A program made the translations under genes and the position numbers. A stretch of 64,000 nt of DNA, from the NCBI GenBank assembly GCA_022605425.2, contig CM061255.1, positions 659,151 through 723,150 of the forward strand, given 5' to 3'. The stretch is from Hamiltosporidium tvaerminnensis FI-OER-3-3 (lineage: Eukaryota > Fungi > Microsporidia). Below, piece after piece: positions 24,305-35,896 of the stretch (position 1 is its first letter; each line of letters starts with the position of its first letter). The notes beneath the pieces are model-generated. The model was not told the origin of the DNA and ran no database searches. It saw nothing but the letters and a program-made list of their open reading frames with translations.

Positions 24305-25033
24305 AAGTGGAGGGAGGATAACCACATAAAAAACTTTCTGCTTGGCAATGAGTGTGTGAAACTGGTGCGAGATCATTGTTTGGATTTTTGGTGGGAATAC
24401 AACCACACTACATCTTCGGTTGTTCCATAGGAGTTGTTATGAGGAGGAGAGGTCTAAGAAATGGAGAAACTTTTTCTACAAATTTATTTGTAGTTTTTTA
24501 CGTAACCAGATTGCAGACCGCAGCTGAACATGTAGGTAATTGCCATGTAAAAGCATGGAAACCTAGCCTTGCTCACTCGGGTTAGAAGACTTAGCGCCTG
24601 GGAGATATAAAATAAAAAACCATTTAAAGCCGGGAGAGCTAAGTAGCAGGTTATACCTGTTGGTATGACATTGCACTGTCTAGGTGGACCCCATGTAAAT
24701 CTCTAAAATATATCTTAGCTAGAAGTTTATTGGATTCAGAAAGTGTAGAGTAAGTGGGAATGCTGCATAGTCTTGGGGGAGCCCGGGGGGCTTCGGCCTT
24801 CGATCACACTCCATGCAACGGACATTAACGAACTCCGGGCAACTTCCTCGCCTATTAATTAGGTTCTACACACCTGGTAAATGAAAGGCTTTAGGACGTA
24901 GGTATCACAGGGGTTACCGATGGAGTGTTGGGGTAGCAGTCATTTATGTTAAACCTAGAACTGCGTTAATGTCATGAAAACAAATATAACACTTGCCACT
25001 GTTTTAAAAAAGATGTGATACTTTTAAATAAAG
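24305..25033 (+). mobile_element. ~730-bp non-coding structured interspersed element, copy 1
   Basis: GC-richer than flanks; perfect 15-bp direct repeat TGACAATAAAATGTT at 24290-24304 and 25034-25048; colinear with ~31263-32235; many complementary segments and a C(UUCG)G hairpin. Confidence 0.8.
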
Positions 25034-25204
25034 TGACAATAAAATGTTTAAAAGATTTCATAAAATATAATTTATCATTAATCATAAAAACTTTGGCACT
25101 TATTGACAAAAATAATGATAAAAGGAAACAACTGAAGAAAATATATTTAAAACTTATTTTACTATCAATTCTGTTTCGAAATATTTAACTATGAAATATT
25201 TTAA

Positions 25205-27481
25205 CTAAGACACAAACCATTCATCAAGATTATAAAAGAAATATATTGACATGTTTTCCGTGCTAAATTCTTCTTTGAGAAGATTTAATGTAGATTTTGG
25301 ATTTGATGAGGTTAAAATTTTTATATTTAAACTGTTATGAAATAAAAATCTTGACATTGTAAATAAAAGAATATTTGTATCTTCAATATGCATAACATCA
25401 ATATGTAAGTTCATTAAATACTTCAATTTAGAAATAAACAAAATATCCAGAATTCTTAAAACAAGTTTTTTTAAAAATAATTTTTCAATAAAATATTCCT
25501 TTTTTTGATCAAAAATATCTGAAAATAAACACGATTTAAACTTACAAGAATGTATGTGTAACAACTTTAGTCCTATAAAATTTCTCAATGCCAATTTATC
25601 TTTTAATCCAATTTCCAATTCTTTAAATCTTAATTCAGAAATCTTTAATAAAACGTTTTCGTCAAATATTTTTGATAAGGAACCTTCTTTATATTTTTTT
25701 CCAATTGAAAGTATCCTAATACTTTTCAATAAACAAATATTTGGTAAAAATTCAGTTGAATTAGAATTTATGTGAATCAAACTAAAAAGATTTTCAAATT
25801 GATTTTTTTTAGATACAAAGTTTTCATCAAACCATTTTATATTTTCATTGTTTTTTAAAGAAATTTTTTCGACATTATTTAGTTTCTTAATAAAATTTAA
25901 TATTTCTTGGTCATTATTTGATACTGAATTTTTAATTTTACACCGTTTTATATTTTTATTTTGACAGAATTTGCTTCTAATTTCAGTAAAATTGAATTTA
26001 CAGTTTATGAAATTTATATCTTTTAATTTTGGAAGTAACAAAATATCTTTTAAAAAATTTGGACCTATCGTTGATTTAACTATGAAGATTTTTCTTATAT
26101 TTTGAACAATAAGTGTATTTGTAAAGAACAATCCGTCAATAGATACGTTTTCTATATAAATGTTAAGAAAACCTAAATTTTTATAATCAAAAATAAAAAG
26201 ATCAAAAGTTATGAACATTATTGTAAATGTTATCCAATAATATGAATAAATTGGGTATTTTAAATCATTGAAATCAAATTTAGTAATTGGTGTTTCCTTT
26301 GAGATATTAAACGAGTCTGCATTGAGTAAACCCAAATCATATTTTTTATTATTTGATACTATGTCAGTAAAAATGTGCATCTCACATAGATTAGACATTT
26401 CATTGTAAAATTCCATCAATAAATCATTTGAAATAAAATATATTTCGCTTCTGGCTGTATTTTTAATATTTTCGGAACATAAAATATTGATTTTAGTTAG
26501 ATATTTCAAATCTTTAAAAATATTTTCTGTAAAATATGAGATTTTGCAAAATATTAAATAAATAATTTCGATTCGCTCAAAAATTAAATAGGTGTTTTCA
26601 GTTAATAGAAATTTAAAATCTTCACATTTAAATAAACATAATTCTTTGACAGAACGGAATATAAATAAAGGTAATTCTATATAATGATTTGCTTCGGTTA
26701 TATTTCCTAAAATTAATTTTTTAATTTTAATTTTTTTAAAAATACAATTTAAAATCTTTGCAAATTCCCAATTAGATTTTGCTTTTTTACAAACTTTGAC
26801 CAAAATATTCGAATCAAATTTGATAAATTCTTCATTTTTTTCAAAAAAGTCTACATTGAAATTTGCACTTACTCTTTTGATTTCTTCTGTAGCATTTATC
26901 GTATCCAACTCTTTTTTACTAAAAAAGTAAATTTTTAAAAATTCAATTAAAATATTTTTTACTATAATTGATGAAAAATGATATTTATATTGAAAATCTT
27001 TATCATAATTTTCATTTTTAAAATTTATTATCAAAGATATTAAACTCTTTCTTATAATTTTGCACAAATTTTTATCATTTTTAAACTTTAAACAATCAAA
27101 TATTTTAATTTCAGTAAAAAAAATTCTGAAATTCACATTTTGAAAGACATTTTCTTTAATTTTTTTTATAAAATATAAAAAATCTTCCAAATTTATTACT
27201 TTGGTATCTATATACAGATAAATAAATGGATTGCTTTTTTTATCTTGATATCCTTCAAATTTACATGGAAATATATCTATCTCTTCATTTTCAAGTATAT
27301 TTCGACCCTCGCATTCTTCATGCTGATAATATTTATATCCATCATTGATAGAATTGGTAAGTTTAAGATGACATTTATTATCTTCCATACTCAAATATTC
27401 GTTATTATGAAAATATAAAATAAATTTTCTACTTCCACTAATTGTACTAATTATTAGAAATAGAAGTTTCATATAAAACAT
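25205..27481 (-). CDS. Lineage-specific secreted protein with degenerate C-terminal leucine-rich repeats
   Basis: Long ORF; signal-like MFYMKLLFLIISTISG; LPKLKDINFINCKF, LKLLHIHSCKF, LKYLMNLHI. Confidence 0.7.
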   Translation of the reverse strand: MFYMKLLFLIISTISGSRKFILYFHNNEYLSMEDNKCHLKLTNSINDGYKYYQHEECEGRNILENEEIDIFPCKFEGYQDKKSNPFIYLYIDTKVINLEDFLYFIKKIKENVFQNVNFRIFFTEIKIFDCLKFKNDKNLCKIIRKSLISLIINFKNENYDKDFQYKYHFSSIIVKNILIEFLKIYFFSKKELDTINATEEIKRVSANFNVDFFEKNEEFIKFDSNILVKVCKKAKSNWEFAKILNCIFKKIKIKKLILGNITEANHYIELPLFIFRSVKELCLFKCEDFKFLLTENTYLIFERIEIIYLIFCKISYFTENIFKDLKYLTKINILCSENIKNTARSEIYFISNDLLMEFYNEMSNLCEMHIFTDIVSNNKKYDLGLLNADSFNISKETPITKFDFNDLKYPIYSYYWITFTIMFITFDLFIFDYKNLGFLNIYIENVSIDGLFFTNTLIVQNIRKIFIVKSTIGPNFLKDILLLPKLKDINFINCKFNFTEIRSKFCQNKNIKRCKIKNSVSNNDQEILNFIKKLNNVEKISLKNNENIKWFDENFVSKKNQFENLFSLIHINSNSTEFLPNICLLKSIRILSIGKKYKEGSLSKIFDENVLLKISELRFKELEIGLKDKLALRNFIGLKLLHIHSCKFKSCLFSDIFDQKKEYFIEKLFLKKLVLRILDILFISKLKYLMNLHIDVMHIEDTNILLFTMSRFLFHNSLNIKILTSSNPKSTLNLLKEEFSTENMSIYFFYNLDEWFVS

Positions 27482-30065
27482 AAAATTCTTGTTTCGTATT
27501 TCGATTTTGTAAAATTTAATTTTCATTTGCAATGCTTCTATGTTTTTGTTAATTTAGAAGAGAAATAATTTGATTAATATAATTAAACGGTAAATTAAAA
27601 CACATTAATTTATTTTCTGTTGATATCCAACAAATGAAATGTTCTAATATTTCGATGAACATTAAGGTTAAAGAAAAAAAGAAACAATTCTTCTTTTGAT
27701 TTTAAATTGTTCAAAAACAAATATTTCATACATTTATTAATCAGCTACTGCAACAAACAATGAAATAAATAATCCTAATAAAAAAAAATTAACGAATAGT
27801 TGGATTATAATTTATAATATATTCAATTTTCAAAATTTAACTCAAGTTTTTTGTATTTAGTTTGTAAAAACTACAATATTGTTTCCACAATCATTTAGAA
27901 AAGTTACAAAACTATAATTTTCTTTACTATATTTATTATCCTGAGAATGTAATTACTGTATATATTTTTTAGAAGACCGCATATATTCATTCACTTTCTA
28001 TATTTTTGGCCTCAATTTTAATATTTGTAAACCTTGATAAATCGACAATAGAAATAAGAAAGGTGTTTATTTTTAATATTTCTCTTCATAGTTATATTAC
28101 AGTGGAAAATATATTTATTAAATTTAATATTGAGTATAATTTATAGATTTAAAACCTTTTTTAGGTTATTTTTGCACAAGACATTATCTATTTGAGATTA
28201 TAAAGATATTTTTTATTTTAAGATTAGATTTTATAATATTTCTTTTATAAGAGTAGTAATTTCATTTGAAGTAAAAACATGCCGCTAAAAAATATCAGAT
28301 ATTGAAAGAATTCATAGATATATTGTTTGATTGCATTATAAATGTAATATTTGAAACATTAAAAGTGAAATATAGACAGCAAATGATTTTCAAAATAGTA
28401 TAAAATATCATTAAGTTACATTCTAAGCCGTTTTATTGATATTTACCTTTTTGGTGAAATTCGAACGACACTAGATATATATGCCGATACCCTGTAATCC
28501 AGAGTTTCAAAAAAATAAAAGAAGCAATTTGAAAGCCTTTATTTGTCATCCTCGACTCTGAAAGAGTTAAAAAAGAATGGAAGGAGTAACTAGGTTTGTA
28601 AGTTTATTAATATTGGAATAATTTCAGATGTAGATATTTGTTTTAGACAAAATTGAAGACATTCTATTTTCTTTCATAGTTATTTTTGTATCTAAATATA
28701 TACTTTATATGTTTATTAGACTCGATCTAGAGATATTGTTTTATTTTCTTGAAATTCCTTTTTTGTAAACTCTTTGTGTATAAATGATAGGTATTTAATG
28801 ATCTTTCTCATTATAAGACATGAAAAAGAAGACCTAGTGACTAGAAAAAGCGAAAATTTACACATTTTTAAGTTAAACATGAATATATAAACCAATTAAT
28901 ATTTTTGTTTGCGTTTTAAGGTAAATTAAGCCGGTTTTATTTTTCTATTAAACTACGAACAAAAAGTTAAAGATGAGCATTGTTAATCGAAAATATTTTG
29001 ATTTGAAATCAAAGCTTTAATGAACCAAAGATGCAACTTTAACCCAAAATATTCAACAACCAAATGATTATAATAAGCTTATGCTATTTAACACATTTCA
29101 CATGTTCGAATAAAAATAGAAAAACGATCGCAAATCATACAGGTATATTTCTTACATACGAAATATACAAAATTCCATGCGCGTTTAAATCCTCGATATA
29201 ATTCGACAGATTTCAAAACTTTTATATCGTATCGTAATACTCATAAATTCAAATTATACCTGTAAATTTCCCAATCTTACAGAATTTAAAATAGATAATA
29301 TATTTGGACTATTTTAAGATCTAAATTATATAAAAGATTAATAAATAGCAAATTATACAATATTTGCTCTATTCATCACATTCAGCTAAATTAAAGCAAA
29401 AAAAAACTTAATTCTGTAAAATGTAAAAATATTTTATTTCCTACAAAGATATAGAGAAATTTAGAAACATAACAGTTTGTTTATTTTATATTGCCTCTCT
29501 AAGACCTATTTAGGCTAGTAATTTTTGACTTGTTTAATAAAGGTAGTGCATAGTTAAGTAATTTCAAAAACATTACAATTATTTATAGATATTTAAAATT
29601 AAATTTAAATTTTGTACATTTTTTTTGTAAAAATCAATACATGGAGTAATATATCTCGATATATTACTTAAAAAAATATTCGATCCTATCATTAACAAAA
29701 AAACATGTTTACTAAAATACGTAATACCTCTGCAAACTAAAAATAGACTATTTTAAAAAATTTAATCAAATATTGTCTTGAAATATATGTTAAAAATTTT
29801 TGTATTGGAATTAATAAAATATGAAAAAAATCGAAGGAAAATATACTTAACTAAGAGAATATTGGATTTAAACGTTCAATGATTCTAACCATGAATGTAA
29901 TTTTAAAATCTTTTATTAAATTCTAATCCATATTATAATTTGGTATTTTAATGTAAATTTTTGTGGAAAAATGAATTAATAAAAAAGGAATATAAATGTT
30001 ATATCTGATTTTTTTAATAAAAATTATAAACCAATGATTTTATTTTAATAAGAAATATAAAATAT

Positions 30066-30832
30066 CTATAAAGAGAATATAATAGAACTTAATTGTATAC
30101 CAAAAGATACGGCAATTATAATACTCAAAATAAGAAGTGAATCAGAACGAATTTCGGGCAAAACTTTCTTTTTTAAATCACGAAAAGCACTCTCATATCC
30201 CCATTTTTGCTTTAAAAACGCTTCTAACGTAATTAAAAGCAATACAGAACCCATAAAACTAAATATAAGTGCAAATAGTACTTCATTAAGTTTTACGGCA
30301 ATTATAAAAAATCCAAAAACAGCAATTGCTACAAAAATTATTCCTCTTAAAACTTCATTTTGAATTCCAAGTTCGGCAAAAGCTGTTATATGAAAACCCT
30401 CTTTGTATATAAATATAAGTAAAATACCATACAAAAGAGCAAATATTCCTCTGAAAACAGCAAGAATAATTGAAGCTAAAACAAGTGAAAATACAATAAT
30501 TATTAGATGAACAATATGAGGGTTTTCTAGTGCATATATGACATAGTCTTTATATGTACTTGGTGTCATAAATAGAAAATTTTTTCCATTATTATAAGCA
30601 AATTCAGCCTTTTCAAGATATCATAACATGTACACACTCCTAACAAAACAAGTAATATTGCTAACGAAATGGTCATAAATCGAATTCCAATCAACATTAA
30701 AAATAAAGCCATAGTAATAAGTAGGATAAATTGCAGATTTTTTATTATACCTTGATAGTTTTTAGTTATATTTTCTAAAAAAGCGGTTAAATATGAGCAT
30801 TTTGTATTTTCTAAAATAAGCAAAAATAGCAT
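30066..30832 (-). pseudogene. Multi-pass membrane protein (DUF4203/TMEM198-like) split by a 1-bp frameshift near 30620
   Basis: Two overlapping hydrophobic ORFs. The downstream frame is open back to LEKAEFAYNNGKNFLF. FLMLIGIRF and FSFMGSVLLLITLEAF resemble DUF4203 patterns. CCC upstream of the ATG. Confidence 0.55.
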
Positions 30833-31262
30833 TTATTTTTTTCCTTTTTTGGGAAATTTATAATATTTATATCCAATCAAATATAAATGAGAATATAATT
30901 TGTTGTTTTTTATGAGGACAAACCAAATAATAACATTTATTTACATCTAATTGAGTATTTTATAAAATTATAAACAATTCGAATTGCAAATTTACATTTA
31001 ATTTAATTATTTATAGTAAATGAATTATATGGAAATTAAAAAACTCATTTTAGAATGCAATTATGTTTTAAAACCGCAATTATTAGATATTTTCAAAAAT
31101 AATGAACAAATTTATGTTAATAATGATAATATCAATTTGTATCTATTGAAATAAATTTATTAATAGAATTATAAAACCTAATGAGCATAGATTAATAAAC
31201 TCTATGTTTTTTAAAAGAATCTAAAAAAGTTCATTAATTTTAATTAAAAGTATAAGTATATT

Positions 31263-32235
31263 ATAGGTGGTTTGATAATAACCACATAAAAGACTATCTG
31301 CTTGTTTTTGAGTATGTGAATTCATTCATTCTCGGCATTACAGCTCTGCATGAGCCTTAGCCTCCCTCAGTAATACCACCCACCAGTCTTTTTCCATTAG
31401 ATTTTTTTACTTTTTCGAGTTTCTTAACAATTTGGTTTTAAACGGTGGGTTGTTAGCTCTACGCCCAGCCCCAACATGGGAGACCAGTCCCTTTTAGTCG
31501 CCTCTTACTACAAGCAAAGAATAATCCAAGCCAATTCTGCTCCCGGCATGGTGGGGAATGAGTATATGAATTACTATATGAAAAACATTTTTTAATTTTT
31601 GATAGGAATAAAACAACACTACATTTTAGGCTGTTCAACTGGATTTGTATGGGGAGGAGAAGGTCTACAGATTAACCAAAATTTTTCTACAAATCTATTT
31701 TGTAGATGTTTTTATCTAACTAGATCAGAATCGCGCAACTTGTAGGTAACGACATGTAAAAGCGTGGAAACCTAGCTTTGCTGACTCAGTTACGAAGACT
31801 TAGCGGTTGGTAATTATAAAAACAAAGTTTTTTAAAGCTCGGAAAGCTACACAGCAGATTATACCTGATGGTATGACATTTCAGTGTCTAAGTACATCCT
31901 ATGTAAGTCACCGAGATATATATTTTCCATAAGTTACTTCGATTCGGAATGTGTAGAGTAAGTGGGAATGCTGCAGAGTCTTGGAGGATGCCAGGATAGA
32001 GTTCTACATATGATCACACCCCATGCAACGAACATTAACTAAATATGGGCAACCATATCGCCATTAATTAAGTCCTACACATCTTTTAGAGGAAACACTT
32101 CGAGATGTAGGTATCGCATGGGGTACCGATGAAGTGTTTGGGGTGCAGCTATTTATGCATAACCTAGAACAGGGTTAATGTAATTATAACAATAATAAAC
32201 TTGCTACTTCTTAAAAAAAAGTAAAATTTTTAAAA
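31263..32235 (+). mobile_element. Structured interspersed element, copy 2 (diverged, interrupted by a nested insertion)
   Basis: Colinear with copy 1, including identical GTGTAGAGTAAGTGGGAATGCTGCA (31951-31975 vs 24743-24767), GGAAACCTAGC, GAAGACTTAGCG, AACCTAGAAC. Confidence 0.8.
31323..31558 (-). mobile_element. Bipartite non-autonomous RTE-clade retroelement (5'UTR segment fused to 3' tail), SINE-like
   Basis: TSD TGAGTATRTGAATT at 31309-31322 and 31559-31572; absent from copy 1. Minus strand has GTAAGAGGCGACTAAAAGGG, GTTGGGGCTGGGCGTAGAGCTAACAACC, then GGAGGCTAAGGCTCA..GAGCTGTAATGCC and a (GAAT)n tail, resembling RTE termini. Confidence 0.75.
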
Positions 32236-34182
32236 GAAACGTACTCAACTAAAACAAACACCTCTATCACTCACAATTATATTACTATAGATAATAAATA
32301 TATATTTAAATGTTTTTTGTGTTTTATAGAGTAATAATGGTTTAAATTTCGTATCATGGATTACATTTAGGATAAATTTCATTGAAAAGAATAAATTCTA
32401 AAATCGTTTCGTTCTTTTATTTAAATTTGATAACCAAAAACCATAAAAATACATTTAAAATATATTGGTGTTTATAACAAACATATTAGTAATCAAATAA
32501 ATATTTCGAAATAATTTCAAAAAATTTAGTTTAATTTATAAAAATCTATTTAATAGTAGATAAGGTAATATTTGCTAGCTAATAATTTTAATTTTAATTT
32601 TTATAGAATTAAAATTTTTCTCAAACAGATTTTTTTACATCAAAATATAAAATAAGGTATTGATTCGATGAAATATCTGTTTGAAATAAATATCAGATTA
32701 GCAATTATGTTCCAATGTCTGCTCAAAATAATACTTTAACCGGATATTTTCAAAAAAAGTTAATTGTCTTAGGTAATTTACAGAGTTTTTATTAAGATTA
32801 TGTTAGAAAATTCGTTTTCCAAAAAACAATTATAAAGCTTTAAAGCATTTTTTTGAAATTCATTGGTAAACTGAATAAGTGTTTTAAGATTTTAACCATC
32901 GCGGAAACAATATTTTTCCTTTTTTGTTCAATGCCAATCATTCGCAATAAGATTTAAAAGAACTTAAATTCTAAAAATAACTATAACTCAGATTTTCTAA
33001 ATTTTTGAGAATTAAAAATCTGATTATTTGCAATTTGACAAATAAAGTTACAAATAAACATCAAAAAACCAAAAAATAAGGTTGATATGCCTAAAGAGCG
33101 GAATATTAATCAAAGAATTAATGTATACATACAATCTGGATTTAGTATATTTAACATCATCATAAAATATGCATTTTTCATTTTTCAGCTGTAATTAATT
33201 GTTTTAAGATTTCGATTGTTTATATGGAATTCCGTTTCAACTCAAGGCAAAATTAGATTACATACGTTAAAATATGAATTTATTTTCAATTTTTATATTT
33301 TTCTTGATTCTTAGAATAACACAAGTTATGATTTTTTTGAAAAATTTGAATATTCTAAAAATATAAGACTTATGATTAATGTGTAACAAATATCTTACAC
33401 TTAAAAATTCCATTCATTTCTTCCGCATTATATATTTAGTATTATGTTTAAATTTAAAAAAAATATTACTGCCGATTTTAATAAGATTTATAATATGCAC
33501 AATTTATATGTTAATAAACAGCAATACAACTATTATATATTTATCTTATTTAATCGAAAATAAATTGTAAAAAATAACTTATATGCAAAAAAAATTCTGA
33601 ATCAACATTTGTTATTTATTTCTTTTCTAAAATCCAAGATTTTTTTAAAATGATTTTTTTAACGAATTTCAAATTTTTAGAACACATTTAAATTTCAAAA
33701 AAAGAGAACAAATCATTAATATCCAAAAAGAGTTAATAAAAATCTCGTTTTTTTATTACGAAAGTTATATGAATGAAAAGCCAACGAGTATTAGATATTT
33801 AGACATTATAGATTTAGTAAATTTCACCTAGCAATGTAAACATTAAAGAAAAATCAAACGATTTTTTCGAATACAAAAGAAAATTGAGTCTTGAATAGTA
33901 TTGACTACAAAAGAAACATGAATATATTCTATAGAATGTGGCTTTTAAATAGTTTTTATTTTTCATAGAAAAAAAGCGTAAAAAAAATATGTTTACAGAA
34001 TACAAAATAAACAAATATGAATTTCATCCATGAAGATTAGAATAAAAAGTAATCCGAAACATAAAGAAAAAACGATCAATTTGCACTGAAATATTCGATT
34101 TTAGAAGAAAACAATAAACCAATTTTGGAATAATGATTTTTTTTTTATAGATTTAAATTTGATAACTCCCGGAAATTTATCA

Positions 34183-35896
34183 AAGCAACGAACAATAATA
34201 ATTTTTGGAATAATGATTTATATCATCTTTTGTGCAAAAGTAACAACAATAGAAGAGGATGATGATAGTGAATGTACACAAAATCTCTGTTATGATGGTG
34301 GTTCCGAAGAATTGTGGCAATATGAGTATATTAAAGGCGCAATGTATAATGACGATATAAATCCAAAAAATGAATGTTCAAATACCTATAATCATTCATA
34401 TGGTAGTTATGAAAATAAGTCGTTTGAATCAATACCTAGCGCATCCGGGTTTCAACACCAATTGATTGCAGGCAAACGAAAGGCTAGTGGAAAAGAAATT
34501 TATGCACAGGCCATAGAAGTTTCTAAAAAAAAGTAAAATAAAAGAGGCAAAACATAATAGAACAATCACAGAACAGATTTCTTTGATAAATCCCATAGGA
34601 GATGCAGTACTAGAAGATGCAACTATAGATTTATCAACACGCAGTTCTGAAAATTTTGCTGGAGAAAATCCTATGCCCCCTTATCCTGGCCATTGGAATA
34701 ATGTGATAAATGCAATTGATAGTTACATATATAAATCCGAACAAAATATGATTTTATTATGTGCAGAAACCACAAACACCTAATTTAAAATACATTTTGC
34801 TTGTTTTAAAAAAACCGATTTAAGCAATGATTACCTTAGACACTATTAATGTTGATTCAAGTAATTTACCTATAAATTTTTCAGAAACCGATATGATAGA
34901 AATCTTAAAAGAGAAAATTGATTTTATAACCACAATGAGACTATTAATGAAATAGAAAATATAATTGAATCTTCGAATAGAATTCTGGAATATGAAATCA
35001 ATACCATTTTTACAAAAGATCAATTTAAAAAGTATTAAAAGGTTCAGTATTTAAGAAAATCAAAGACAAGCTTCAAGAATATAAAAGCTACCCAATTTTT
35101 TATGATTTAATTCTATTTTTCTTTTTATACGCAGATAATATAACTGATCAGATTGAGGAAAGGGAGATTTTTTATGTTCAATTTCTTTTCGAAGTATTTT
35201 TTTATAAAATACGATAAACTTTTAAAACAGCTACAAAAATTTATAGAGTTTTCAGAAAATGATTTATCAGAGCCACATAAAAATTTCTCTTATCAAAGCA
35301 TAATTGTCTTGAATGTACAGCCAATAAAGATAATACTTATGCATATATATCTGGGCCTTAAAAATGGTCTTTCTTTATTTGAGAGATATTTTACATTATA
35401 TTTATTGTAATTAACCTACTTATTTATGACAGAAAATAATTTAAATATTTTGTTAGATGAAGATTCTGGTCGTTTATTTTATCCCCTTTACTATTACATA
35501 TATGATAATTCGTTGTCTTCATCTGGTGACCTGTATCTTAGAGTAGAAGATGTATTAAAATTACTTTCTGGTTTTAAGCATTTTGAATCTCAAGATATTA
35601 ATCTTTGTCTGCACAACATAGTGGATCACATTTCAGAAAAAAGTTTCATACAAAATCTTTAAAAATGCTTGATAAATCTTTTTGATGTGTATAAAAATTG
35701 CTATAGTTTGAAAAGTAGTCTAGATAACAGGTTGGATAATAGGCTGTATAATATGGTGGCTTTGCCCTTAAAAAAGTTTTTAGAAAAACTTATAACAAAA
35801 ATCGAAGAATTTGATATTTTAGATTCTGAAACAAAATATCAGATTTTTTATAAATGTAATGATATAACGGATATATTAAGTCAGCTTATTACTTAG
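34183..35896 (+). pseudogene. Fragmented paralog of the secreted protein at 53699-55390
   Basis: Five ORF fragments align with it (IFCA, LINP, IDSYIY, P.KIIL..I..G.KNG, PLY.YIYD.SLS..G.LY.R, I.DHIS.K). Start codon position reads AAG; several stops and frameshifts. Confidence 0.85.

Noticed and set aside
24305-24326. Twister-ribozyme resemblance (AAGTGGAGGG with TAACACTTGCC at ~24987)
   Set aside because: No GUCCCAAGC-type L4 loop, no P1 pairing, and GAGGG is not conserved in copy 2.
24352-24585. 77-aa ORF inside the structured element
   Set aside because: GTG start; frame not preserved in copy 2.
31440-31558. HDV-like ribozyme in the RTE-type insert
   Set aside because: I could not build the P1-P2-P3-P1.1-P4 order by eye; needs a descriptor search.
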